32,000 nucleotides of DNA from Pseudoalteromonas tetraodonis (GTDB taxonomy: Bacteria; Pseudomonadota; Gammaproteobacteria; Enterobacterales; Alteromonadaceae), in contig NZ_CP011042.1 of the NCBI RefSeq assembly GCF_002310835.1, positions 150,001 through 182,000 of the forward strand, read 5' to 3'. The notes under the pieces are model-generated. The model was not told where the DNA came from, did not search any database, and saw only the letters and a list, made by a program, of their open reading frames with translations. Shown here in pieces: positions 8,032 to 16,556 of the stretch. Position 1 is the stretch's first letter. Each line of letters begins with the position of its first letter. The position numbers were made by a program, and so were the translations under genes.

Positions 8032-9531
8032 TCAGCTTAATCGCGTTACTTTAAGTTTTATCCTACCGGCATTCGCACCATAAAAACGACTTAAATCATT
8101 AGCAAAAGGGCAAAACTCTCCCGATTTTTTAATGGTTATTTCAACGCCTTCAGCAATTTCAAAGGCATGTTCATCGCTTTGACCAATCGTGCCGATCAAG
8201 CTAAACCACTGCGATGTAGCTAAACGTCTAAATGGCTCAAGTAATGCCATAGGGATTTCTTTAACGCCGAGTTGCACGTTATCGCGATGCCACCCAGAAG
8301 GAGAGCACTTTATACCATCGTCATACCAATATTGATTAGGATAAGGTGTAAAACGGTAGGTCGCACCTTGGGCAAGCATTAAGCCGGTGGCGTTGTAGGC
8401 TTCACTGGCATATACCATCACATCTTGGCTTTGGTTTATGCTAAGTAAACTCATATTTTGGTTGGCTAGCATTATATGGGCACTGAGTCCCATAAAGTTT
8501 AACGTGCTGTCGTCGCTGTAAATCATTTTATAATGTAAGTTTTTTAACGATTCGGGGCGATAGCTGGTTAGTTTATTAATTCGCTGTGCAACACTGTGAT
8601 GTATTAATGGGGCGACGTGGCTGATTTCATCGTCAATTAATACACAGCACTGCCTATCAACAAGTTTAAAAAATGAGTTTAGCCAAAAGTAATTTTGCTG
8701 ATGACTTAACGCCAGTGGATCGGGAATAACAGTCACATCGTCTTGGGCAACCAAGTTACTCTCAGGTAAAAGGTTTTCGTAATCGATGTCATGACTGGTT
8801 AGCAATGAAACTGACAGTGGCTGAGCAATGAGCCACTCAAGTGCATAACGCAAGCAAATATCGGCAAGTCCATCGCGATAGTAGCCGCCTCCCACATCAG
8901 AATGGGCTCCTGCAAACCACAGCTCGGTAATGTTAGCTTGCTGGTTCATTAACGTCGGTTCAAAGGCGCGACGTTTTTCATCAAGCGCTACACAGTGCAG
9001 CGCCTCAGAGACATTACTGGCAATGGTGTGATTTTCAAAAATAACATGCTCTGCACCCCAAGTGGCTTTACTCACTTTTGACATGCCAATTGAGGCCACT
9101 GTATCAAACACACATAAATACACCTTTTCATGTATGAGTGGCTCTAAGCACTTTGCAAATCGCCGCGCTAATGCAGCGCCTCTGCTAAAGCCGGTAAGTA
9201 GGAGGGTATCGCCGCTTTGGTAATGCTGTTTAAAATCATTAATAGCTTGATTTAAAATGCTGGCTACATCGTCTGAACGTGGGGCGAGTGCTTGATTTAA
9301 AATTCGTTTTAAACGACTGCCTTTAGTGCCTATGCCTTGGTAATAAAAACTTAACTGTTTGGAAAATGGGGTGGTGGGAGAATCATCAAGTTTACCACCG
9401 AGCAATAAGTGTAGTTTTAAAATATTAGAAATACTGGCGTCTTCTTTAAAATGCTCTGTACTAAACTGATCTGCGTCTCGGGGTTCACTGCCGGTACCAT
9501 CAAAATTAAAAATAAGCGTTTTATCCGACAT
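8032..9531 (-). CDS. DUF2235-family alpha/beta hydrolase (Tle1-like phospholipase fold) with an extra C-terminal domain of about 125 aa
   Basis: 499 aa with RBS AAGGAAAC. DUF2235 signatures are present: N-terminal LIFNFDGTGSE, nucleophile elbow GFSRGA (Ser116, about 9184..9186), FDTVASIG and FAGAHSDVGGGY. No signal peptide is apparent. The C-terminal part (about 8035..8409) has a beta-sandwich-like pattern ending FANDLSRFYGANAGRIKLKVTR. Confidence 0.8.
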   Translation of the reverse strand: MSDKTLIFNFDGTGSEPRDADQFSTEHFKEDASISNILKLHLLLGGKLDDSPTTPFSKQLSFYYQGIGTKGSRLKRILNQALAPRSDDVASILNQAINDFKQHYQSGDTLLLTGFSRGAALARRFAKCLEPLIHEKVYLCVFDTVASIGMSKVSKATWGAEHVIFENHTIASNVSEALHCVALDEKRRAFEPTLMNQQANITELWFAGAHSDVGGGYYRDGLADICLRYALEWLIAQPLSVSLLTSHDIDYENLLPESNLVAQDDVTVIPDPLALSHQQNYFWLNSFFKLVDRQCCVLIDDEISHVAPLIHHSVAQRINKLTSYRPESLKNLHYKMIYSDDSTLNFMGLSAHIMLANQNMSLLSINQSQDVMVYASEAYNATGLMLAQGATYRFTPYPNQYWYDDGIKCSPSGWHRDNVQLGVKEIPMALLEPFRRLATSQWFSLIGTIGQSDEHAFEIAEGVEITIKKSGEFCPFANDLSRFYGANAGRIKLKVTRLS

Positions 9532-9581
9532 AGCCTGTTTCCTTAAAATTTTTGTGTACTTTATATAGCTAATATTAAAAA

Positions 9582-9619
9582 TTAAAGACAGTGGTAACTT
9601 AAATTACCACTGTCTTTAA
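9582..9619 (-). terminator. Rho-independent terminator of ndh
   Basis: A 16-bp perfect stem TTAAAGACAGTGGTAA / TTACCACTGTCTTTAA with a 6-nt loop lies directly after the ndh stop. On the minus strand it is followed by TTTTTAATATT. Confidence 0.75.
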
Positions 9620-9625
9620 TTTTGG

Positions 9626-10930
9626 CTAGTGCAGCTTCATTTTAGGGCGCACAACACGCAGCACTTTTTCGCTGATCCACAAAGCAAAGGTTTTGGCACT
9701 GCCATGAATAGCGCGCTGATGCATTCTATATAATGAAATATACATAAAGCGGGCAATTTTACCTTCAATAAAAAAGCTATTACTGGTTAGGTTACCCATT
9801 AAGCTGCCTACTGTGCTGTAGCGCGATAAATTAACCAGTGAGCCATGGTCGTTATACTCGAATTTTTTAAGGGGCTGCTCACGTAATGTGGCGATTAAGT
9901 TTTTTTCAACGCATTGTGCCATTTGATGTGCCGATTGTGCGCGTGGCGGCACTTGCGTACCATCATCTTGCGTAAACGCGCAGCAATCACCGAGCACATA
10001 TATTTGTGGGTCAAGGTTGCTTTGTAAGTACTCGTTTACTTTTATTTGGTTATTACGAGTCAGCTCAAAAATACCCAGCTCTTTAATAAAGTCAGGTGCT
10101 TTTACGCCCGCCGCCCACACCATAATATCCGCATTTATTTGCTCATCATCATTGGTGATAAAGCCATGTTCGGTTGCTTGTTTAACTTGGGTATTTTCCC
10201 GAACGGTGACGCCTAATCTTAATAACTCACGCTTGGCCGAACTGGCAATTCGCTCAGACAGCGCCGGAAGAATCCTGGGGCCCGCTTCAATCAGGTGAAT
10301 ATGTAAACGCTTAGCCGACATATTGGTTAAACCGTATATTTTTAGTAAATCAGAAACATGATATAGCTCAGCCGAGAGCTCAACCCCAGTTGCTCCACCG
10401 CCAACAATGGCGATGTTTAATGAGTGTAATGGGTCATCGTCTTGATGAAGGCGAGTAAAGTTATCCAGCAGCGCGTGTTGAAAGCGCTCGGCTTGTTGGT
10501 TTGAATCAAGGTAAAAACAATGCTCTTTAATGCCTGGCGTATTAAAGTCGTTACTCACACTGCCAATAGCAATAACTAAATGATCATAGTGAACGGTGCG
10601 TTTAGGTAAAATTTGATGCCCTAACTCGTCATATAGAGGGCTTAAGGTAATGGTTTTATTGTTGTTATCGAGGTTGCAAAAGGTACCAAGTTGAAAGTTA
10701 TAGTGGTGTTTGGCAGCATGCGCGGAGTAAACAACCCCATCTAAATCGGCATCAATAGAGCCAGTTGCAACCTCGTGCAATAACGGTTTCCATATATGAG
10801 TGCGATTTTTATCGATGAGTAATATATTTGCGTGTTTTTTCTTTCCTAATTTGTGCCCTAATTGAGTTGCTAGCTCCAGCCCACCAGCGCCACCGCCGAT
10901 GATGACGATTTTTGGTATGGTTATATCCAT
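9626..10930 (-). CDS. ndh: Type II NADH:quinone oxidoreductase (NDH-2)
   Basis: Two Rossmann motifs are present: KIVIIGGGAGGLE (FAD) and IAIVGGGATGVE (NADH). The overall length matches Ndh. I prefer the ATG at 10930 (MDITIPKIVIIGGG, RBS AAGGG 7 nt upstream) over the track start at 10963. Confidence 0.9.
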   Translation of the reverse strand: MDITIPKIVIIGGGAGGLELATQLGHKLGKKKHANILLIDKNRTHIWKPLLHEVATGSIDADLDGVVYSAHAAKHHYNFQLGTFCNLDNNNKTITLSPLYDELGHQILPKRTVHYDHLVIAIGSVSNDFNTPGIKEHCFYLDSNQQAERFQHALLDNFTRLHQDDDPLHSLNIAIVGGGATGVELSAELYHVSDLLKIYGLTNMSAKRLHIHLIEAGPRILPALSERIASSAKRELLRLGVTVRENTQVKQATEHGFITNDDEQINADIMVWAAGVKAPDFIKELGIFELTRNNQIKVNEYLQSNLDPQIYVLGDCCAFTQDDGTQVPPRAQSAHQMAQCVEKNLIATLREQPLKKFEYNDHGSLVNLSRYSTVGSLMGNLTSNSFFIEGKIARFMYISLYRMHQRAIHGSAKTFALWISEKVLRVVRPKMKLH

Positions 10931-11164
10931 GACTATGCCCTTAAAAATAATATACCGAAGCAATTTCTGTACGTTGATTTTTAAAATGACTTGGGTATCA
11001 AAAAATTATTTTGGCAAAGCTCGTTTTTATGGGGCTATAGTGTGCGCCTAATTAAAGGATATGTCAGCAATAAATCACGTCATTTGATGTATACTGATAT
11101 GCAAATATTTCATCTACTGCGCATTTACAGCATTTATGGGCACCGACATAAAAAGGACGCTTTT

Positions 11165-13105
11165 ATGAGTACCTCGCTAGTTCAGTCTCTTGAGCAACAT
11201 TTTGGTTTTAATCAGTTTAGAGCAGGGCAACAACAAACCATAGAGCAGCTGCTAAATGGCCAATCATCACTGGCAATATTTCCTACAGGATCGGGTAAGT
11301 CGTTGTGCTATCAACTCACCGCGTTACATTTACCGCATTTAACGCTGGTGGTATCGCCGTTATTGGCCTTGATGAAAGATCAAATTAGCTTTTTAAATAG
11401 CAAAGGCATCTATGCCGCCAGCCTCGACTCAAGCCAAGACCAAATGCAAAGTAGCACTGTAATGAACGACGTACGAAGTGGTAAAGTTAAAGTGTTAATG
11501 GTGTCGGTTGAGCGCTTTAAAAACGAACGCTTTAGGGAGTTTATAAGCCAAGTGGCGCTTTCTATGTTGGTTGTTGACGAAGCGCATTGTATATCTGAAT
11601 GGGGGCATAACTTTAGACCCGATTACTTAAAACTACCTCGTTACCGTGAAGAGCTAAATATTCCGTTAGTGCTACTATTAACCGCTACCGCCACTAAAAA
11701 AGTAAAACGCGATATGGCCGAGCGCTTTGCTATTGAGCCACAATGTATTGTGCAAACGGGGTTTTATCGCGCTAATTTAGATTTAAATGTGCTGAGTGTT
11801 AAAACGGCGGATAAAAACAATGAGCTTACTAAAATTGTCCGTGCGCAAACCGGCCCCGGTATTGTGTATGTCACGCTGCAGCAAAGTGCTGAGCAAGTGG
11901 CCAATATGTTAAGCGCGCAGGGCCTGCAAGCAGTGGCGTATCATGCAGGGCTTGAAGACACCCTACGCGGGCAAATTCAAGACGATTTTATGGCAGGCAA
12001 AATAAATGTAGTGGTTGCTACCATTGCCTTTGGTATGGGGGTTGATAAATCAGACATACGCTTTGTAATTCACTACGATTTACCTAAATCAATAGAAAAC
12101 TACAGCCAAGAAATTGGCCGCGCAGGGCGTGACGGCAACCCATCAAATTGTTATACCCTGGCTAATTTAGATGGCTTAAATACAGTAGAAAACTTTATTT
12201 ACGGCGATACTCCAGAGCTCAGCGGTATTGAATATGTTATTAACGATATTCGCCAAGCTCAACAGCAATGGGAAATGCAAGAATATAGCCTTTCAAGCGA
12301 GAGTAATATTCGCCAACTTGCCCTTAAAACCTTGCTGGTACAGCTTGAAATGCAAGGCGCAATAACCCCGCAGTATGCTTATTATGCCGATTTTAAGTAT
12401 AAATTTTTGGTTGATAAAAATGAGTTACTTAGCCAGTTTGATGAGCAGCGCCAAGCTTTTTTAACACAAATATTTAGTCATACCGACTTTAAAAAAATAT
12501 GGGGCACACTTAATTTTGACTCCCTAACGCAAGCCGCGCAGGTTGACCGTAAACGTGTGGTAGCCGCGCTTGACTATTTGGCTGAAAAAAACCTTATCAC
12601 CCTTGAAACCAAACGTATTACTCATGTGTACAAAGTGCATAGCGAGGTGATTAATAATCCTGCACTTGCCCAGCAGTTACACGATTATTTTACCGATAAA
12701 GAGCAAGCGGAAATAAAACGGATTGCTGCTTTAGTACGCTTTTTTGAGCTGCAATCTTGCTTAAGCTATAACTTAGCCCGTTACTTTGATGATGCGAATG
12801 CGCCACAGCAGTGTGGACATTGCTCGGTGTGTCGTGGGCATTCAGTTAAGCTTGAATATTCAATTCCCCCTGCAACGATTGATACAGCGCTTATTTATCA
12901 AAAGGTCGATGAGTTTTTAGCGCACATGGCAACTAAAGGTGTACACAATGTAGGTATTGAAACCCAATGCCGGTTTTTAGCGGGAATGAGCGTGCCACTG
13001 TTTGCGCGTAATAAAGTACGTCAACTAAGTGGTTTTGCACTGTGCGAGCAACAGCGCTACAGCGAAATTAAAGGGACATTGCTATCAAGGTCGATGGCTA
13101 AATAA
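11165..13105 (+). CDS. RecQ-family ATP-dependent DNA helicase (non-canonical paralogue)
   Basis: SF2 motifs are present: FPTGSGKSLCYQL (Walker A), VVDEAHCISEWGHNFRPDY (DEAH at 11576..11587), LTATAT, VATIAFGMGVDK and QEIGRAGRDG. The track ORF starts at a TTG at 10991. The ATG at 11165 (MSTSLVQSLEQHFGF, the typical RecQ N-terminus, RBS AAGGA) is the more likely start. Confidence 0.85.
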   Translation: MSTSLVQSLEQHFGFNQFRAGQQQTIEQLLNGQSSLAIFPTGSGKSLCYQLTALHLPHLTLVVSPLLALMKDQISFLNSKGIYAASLDSSQDQMQSSTVMNDVRSGKVKVLMVSVERFKNERFREFISQVALSMLVVDEAHCISEWGHNFRPDYLKLPRYREELNIPLVLLLTATATKKVKRDMAERFAIEPQCIVQTGFYRANLDLNVLSVKTADKNNELTKIVRAQTGPGIVYVTLQQSAEQVANMLSAQGLQAVAYHAGLEDTLRGQIQDDFMAGKINVVVATIAFGMGVDKSDIRFVIHYDLPKSIENYSQEIGRAGRDGNPSNCYTLANLDGLNTVENFIYGDTPELSGIEYVINDIRQAQQQWEMQEYSLSSESNIRQLALKTLLVQLEMQGAITPQYAYYADFKYKFLVDKNELLSQFDEQRQAFLTQIFSHTDFKKIWGTLNFDSLTQAAQVDRKRVVAALDYLAEKNLITLETKRITHVYKVHSEVINNPALAQQLHDYFTDKEQAEIKRIAALVRFFELQSCLSYNLARYFDDANAPQQCGHCSVCRGHSVKLEYSIPPATIDTALIYQKVDEFLAHMATKGVHNVGIETQCRFLAGMSVPLFARNKVRQLSGFALCEQQRYSEIKGTLLSRSMAK

Positions 13106-13212
13106 TATTAGAAATCAGTAAAAAAATAAAAGAGTGTTAATTTTTTGTTTCTTTTTCTTGCTTTACTATACTCAAGTTGGCTATGACAGCCATTATAATA
13201 ATGAGGTGATCA

Positions 13213-14286
13213 ATGAAACTGCAAAAAATTATACTATTGGGAGCATTTATATCAGCAAGTAGTTATGCTGAAATTAATATTTCGGGTTTTGCAAGTATTA
13301 ATGCAGGTAAGGTACTGAGCGGTACAGGTGTCCCGCAATATGGCGTTGAACCAACATTTCTTGCGGACTATCCAAATGTTAGTGCATACACTGAAGATTT
13401 ATCCTTTTCGCCAGAGTCTTTGATTGGATTACAGGTATCAGGCGATTTGGGTGAAGGTCTTTCTGTAACAGGTCAGCTAGTTGCCAGAGGAGTCAACGAC
13501 TTTGAGGCAAATTTTGAATGGGCTTATATTTCTTACGATATTAATGATAATTGGACTATTCAAGCAGGTAAGAAGCGTTTACCACTATTTTACTACTCAG
13601 ACTTTTTCGATGTAGGTTATGCATATGTATGGATGCGGGCCCCTGCTGACAACTACACATGGCAAGTATTTAACTACGAGGGGGTTAATTTACTTTATTC
13701 AGGCTCTGTAGGTGATTGGGGAGTTTCTGCAAATGTTTATACCGGTAAAGAAGATGATGACGATAACAAGCTGTTGTCAGACTTCTTCTTTCAAGAGCCG
13801 ACAAGAGAAATTTGGGAAGATATGTTAGGCGGCGTACTGTTACTTAATCGTGACTGGCTCGAACTAAGAGTGACCCACATGCAATATACCAACAAGCGTT
13901 TTCGCGCGGGTGAACCCGTTTTGTGGGATGGTAAAGACAGTAGAGATGGTAAATTTTATGGCTTAGCTGCAAATCTTGATTTTGGTGATTTTTTCGTTTT
14001 AAGTGAGCTTAACCGCTTAGACTTAGATGGTAATCTCGACACTTATATGATCAGTGCGGGCTATCGTTTTGACTCTATTACACCTTATGTCATGTTTTCA
14101 GACTTCGAACAAGAAGGTGAAGGTGATACAGAGCAGCATAATACATTTGCTGTTGGTGTGAGGTGGGACTTTCATCCGTCAGCTGCATTTAAAGTGCAAT
14201 ACGATAGAGTCAAAGATGACTCGTTTGATTTAGCTGTGGCCGGTGATAGTAAAGCTATCACGCTTGGTGTCGATGTTGTATTTTAA
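13213..14286 (+). CDS. Outer-membrane beta-barrel porin
   Basis: 357 aa with RBS GAGGTGA. It has a signal peptide MKLQKIILLGAFISASSYA/EI, alternating amphipathic beta-strand patterning, many aromatic girdle residues and a C-terminal VDVVF with terminal Phe typical of OMPs. Confidence 0.8.
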   Translation: MKLQKIILLGAFISASSYAEINISGFASINAGKVLSGTGVPQYGVEPTFLADYPNVSAYTEDLSFSPESLIGLQVSGDLGEGLSVTGQLVARGVNDFEANFEWAYISYDINDNWTIQAGKKRLPLFYYSDFFDVGYAYVWMRAPADNYTWQVFNYEGVNLLYSGSVGDWGVSANVYTGKEDDDDNKLLSDFFFQEPTREIWEDMLGGVLLLNRDWLELRVTHMQYTNKRFRAGEPVLWDGKDSRDGKFYGLAANLDFGDFFVLSELNRLDLDGNLDTYMISAGYRFDSITPYVMFSDFEQEGEGDTEQHNTFAVGVRWDFHPSAAFKVQYDRVKDDSFDLAVAGDSKAITLGVDVVF

Positions 14287-14297
14287 GGAGAAGTAAA

Positions 14298-14705
14298 ATG
14301 AAAAAATTAATATTAAGTGTAATATTCCTGTTTACGAACTTCGCCTATGCAGATTTTGCTATTATCGTGCATCCTTCAAATGAAAGTAGCTTTGATGAGT
14401 CTGTTATCAGCCGAATTTATACAGGAAAAGAAAAGTCATTTAGCAATGGCAATAAGATCATTCCAATATCTCAAGAACCAAGTAGTGCTGCAACCGAGCA
14501 ATTTAATAGTAAATTACTTAATAAAACGTCTTCTCAGTTAAAAGCATATTGGTCAAAACTAATTTTCACAGGAAAGGGCACACCACCTAAAGAGTTAGAA
14601 AATGACAGTGAAGTAATCAAAATGGTCGCAGCTAACCCTGACACCATTGGCTTTGTCTCTTCATCAGCTGTATCGGATAACGTTAAAGTGGTTTTCAATT
14701 TTTAA
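14298..14705 (+). CDS. Short periplasmic PstS/PBP-like (type 2 periplasmic binding fold, single lobe) protein
   Basis: 135 aa with RBS AAGGAG, 11 nt after the porin stop. It has a signal peptide MKKLILSVIFLFTNFAYA/DF. The motifs IIVHPSN, ISRIYTGK, AYWSKLIFTGKG and NPDTIGFV resemble one half of phosphate-binding-protein-like domains. Confidence 0.7.
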   Translation: MKKLILSVIFLFTNFAYADFAIIVHPSNESSFDESVISRIYTGKEKSFSNGNKIIPISQEPSSAATEQFNSKLLNKTSSQLKAYWSKLIFTGKGTPPKELENDSEVIKMVAANPDTIGFVSSSAVSDNVKVVFNF

Positions 14706-14713
14706 TCTTAAAT

Positions 14714-14744
14714 AAGCGTGCTGGTTAATCAGCACGCTTTTTTA
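14714..14744 (+). terminator. Rho-independent terminator of the porin/PBP-like operon
   Basis: Stem AAGCGTGCTG / CAGCACGCTT (10 bp) with a 6-nt loop, followed by a T-run (TTTTTT). Confidence 0.8.
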
Positions 14745-14854
14745 GTGATTAGTTAATTACAATATAACGATGTTTAATATCTGACGTTATTTTACTGTCA
14801 CCCTTGCCTCGCTCGTGTATCCTATAGCTTGTATATCATTTATCAAAAGTCTGT

Positions 14855-15157
14855 ATGCCAAACTCAATCATTGCTGTTGAAAATATCAATACCCAACCAG
14901 TCACTTGCGCTAACTGCCAAGCGTGTTGCTGCCAATTAGAAGTGCGTATTGTCACTGATACCGGTGTTCCTTTTCGATATATTGATTACGACAAATGGGG
15001 CAGTGAGGTCATGAAGCGCGGCGACGATGGCTGGTGCGAAGCACTTGATAGAAATACCCTCATGTGTACTATTTACGAAAATCGCCCATTAACGTGTCGA
15101 GAATTTGAAATGGCATCGGGTGAGTGTATTACTGAGCGGGAGCTAGCGGGTATTTAA
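14855..15157 (+). CDS. YkgJ-family cysteine-cluster (CxxCxxCC) protein
   Basis: 100 aa. It has the N-terminal CANCQACCC cluster and a second Cys group (WCEAL, MCTIYENRPLTCREF), characteristic of the UPF0153 / zinc-or-iron chelating domain family. Confidence 0.75.
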   Translation: MPNSIIAVENINTQPVTCANCQACCCQLEVRIVTDTGVPFRYIDYDKWGSEVMKRGDDGWCEALDRNTLMCTIYENRPLTCREFEMASGECITERELAGI

Positions 15158-15158
15158 A

Positions 15159-15180
15159 ACGCGGGCTGATTAACCCGCGT
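15159..15180. terminator. Hairpin between the convergent ykgJ-like and ktrB-like genes (possible bidirectional terminator)
   Basis: Stem ACGCGGG / CCCGCGT with an 8-nt loop, flanked by A-run/T-rich sequence on both sides. Confidence 0.55.
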
Positions 15181-15189
15181 GAATGTTTG

Positions 15190-16554
15190 TTAGCCAATAG
15201 AGAGTTGCGCGCTTGGGTATCTTAGCTTTTTAGTGCGTGGACTTGCTAAAAAATAGGCGATAGTGAGCGGACCTACTCTGCCCATGAACATTAAAAACAT
15301 AATAATAAACTCTCCCAGTGGTGATAGCGAGGATGTTAAACCACGTGAAAGCCCTACCGTCCCCAGTGCAGATACCGCTTCAAAAGCAACATCTAAAAAA
15401 GGCGCATCTTCGACGACCAGTAAGGTAAAAATAGCTAACCAAGTGACTCCTGCTGAAATAATGGTTAAAGCTAATGCTTTATACACAGATTCTTTGTCTA
15501 TTTCTCGGCGTAACACAGTGACGCCTTTGTCACGTCTTAGGTAGCTATAGGTTGCTAAAATTAAAACGATAAACGTAACGACTTTAATGCCACTTGCGGT
15601 ACTTAAAGAGCCGCCACCAATAAACATAAGCATCATAGTTAAAGCGGTGCTGGCATTTTTTAATTCTTCAATGGCAATGGTATTGAATCCCGCAGTACGG
15701 GGAGTGACAGCTTGAAACCAAGCAGCTAACCATTTACCTACTTCAGGCAGTGGTTGCAGTGTTTTTGGATTATCGTATTCAATCGCGTAAATAAGCAATA
15801 ATGCAATAACGTTAATAATAACTGTGCTGATCAACATTAATTTACTGTAGGGACTGAGCTTTGCCCAACGCTTTGATTTATATAAATCCATTAATACGGT
15901 AAAGCCAAGCCCACCAATAATAAACAAACCGGTAATAGTTAAATTCACAACGGGGTCTTCAACATACTGCATTAAGCTGTTAGGACTCAATGCAAACCCT
16001 GCATTGTTGAAAGCGCTAATGGTATAAAAAAGAGCATGAAAAAAGCTTTTCTGTAAACCCATTTCAGGTAGCCAATACAGCGTTAAAATAACAACGCCTA
16101 TGGATTCTACGATTAGTGCAAACAGCAAAACAGACTTAGCGGTATTGACCAACGTAGATGTATCTGTTTGATTAAAAGCAGCTTTGGTGACTGTTTTTTG
16201 AATAAAGCCAACTTTATTTCCCAGTGCCATTAAAGTTACAACCGCAAAGGTCATTAACCCCAGACCACCCAGTTGAATTAATAACGCAATAACGCCTTGT
16301 CCAAAAGGGGTAAACACTGAACCGGTATCCACTACAACCAGTCCAGTTACAGTCACCGCAGAGGTTGCCGTAAACGCACTTTGTATCCATGAAATAGGCT
16401 CATAGGTTGCAAAAGGCAGTTTTAATGCCAATGCCCCTAGCGTTATTAATATTAAAAAACTGCAACATAAAATAAGAGGCGGAGCCGCATTGATTTTTTT
16501 ATGCCCACTGACTTTGCGCTCAATAGGCGTTTTGAGAGGGTGCCATAAAACCAT
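15190..16554 (-). CDS. ktrB: KtrB-type K+ transporter membrane subunit (TrkH/KtrB superfamily)
   Basis: 454 aa. All four pore-loop glycine motifs are present: TATSAVTVTGL, SAFNNAGFA, TPRTAGFNT and SALGTVGLSRG. Its start lies 2 nt after the ktrA stop, so the genes are tightly coupled. Confidence 0.85.
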   Translation of the reverse strand: MVLWHPLKTPIERKVSGHKKINAAPPLILCCSFLILITLGALALKLPFATYEPISWIQSAFTATSAVTVTGLVVVDTGSVFTPFGQGVIALLIQLGGLGLMTFAVVTLMALGNKVGFIQKTVTKAAFNQTDTSTLVNTAKSVLLFALIVESIGVVILTLYWLPEMGLQKSFFHALFYTISAFNNAGFALSPNSLMQYVEDPVVNLTITGLFIIGGLGFTVLMDLYKSKRWAKLSPYSKLMLISTVIINVIALLLIYAIEYDNPKTLQPLPEVGKWLAAWFQAVTPRTAGFNTIAIEELKNASTALTMMLMFIGGGSLSTASGIKVVTFIVLILATYSYLRRDKGVTVLRREIDKESVYKALALTIISAGVTWLAIFTLLVVEDAPFLDVAFEAVSALGTVGLSRGLTSSLSPLGEFIIMFLMFMGRVGPLTIAYFLASPRTKKLRYPSAQLSIG

Positions 16555-16556
16555 GA

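Noticed and set aside
10017-10298. 93-aa + strand ORF inside ndh
   Set aside because: Antisense shadow ORF within NDH-2.
11117-11130. CTG-N8-CAG element upstream of the RecQ-like gene, considered as a LexA/SOS box
   Set aside because: The gammaproteobacterial LexA box is CTGT-N8-ACAG (16 bp). This element is 2 bp too short and lacks the flanking TA-rich core.
10991-11164. 58-codon N-terminal extension of the RecQ-like ORF in the track
   Set aside because: It starts at a TTG and its sequence (MGIKKLFWQSSFLWGYSV...) has no helicase similarity. The ATG at 11165 has an RBS and gives the standard RecQ N-terminus. The extension would also cover the divergent ndh/recQ promoter region.
8032-13105. 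The idea that the DUF2235 hydrolase and the RecQ-like helicase form a defence or T6SS-effector island
   Set aside because: The two genes are separated by housekeeping ndh, are on different strands, and have their own terminators and promoters. No immunity, VgrG/PAAR, nuclease, methylase or mobile-element genes flank them. I see no evidence of an operon or island.
14347-14541. 64-aa + strand ORF overlapping the PBP-like gene
   Set aside because: It is an alternative frame of a gene with a good RBS and signal peptide, so it is a shadow ORF.
15263-15544. 93-aa + strand ORF inside the ktrB-like gene
   Set aside because: Antisense shadow ORF.
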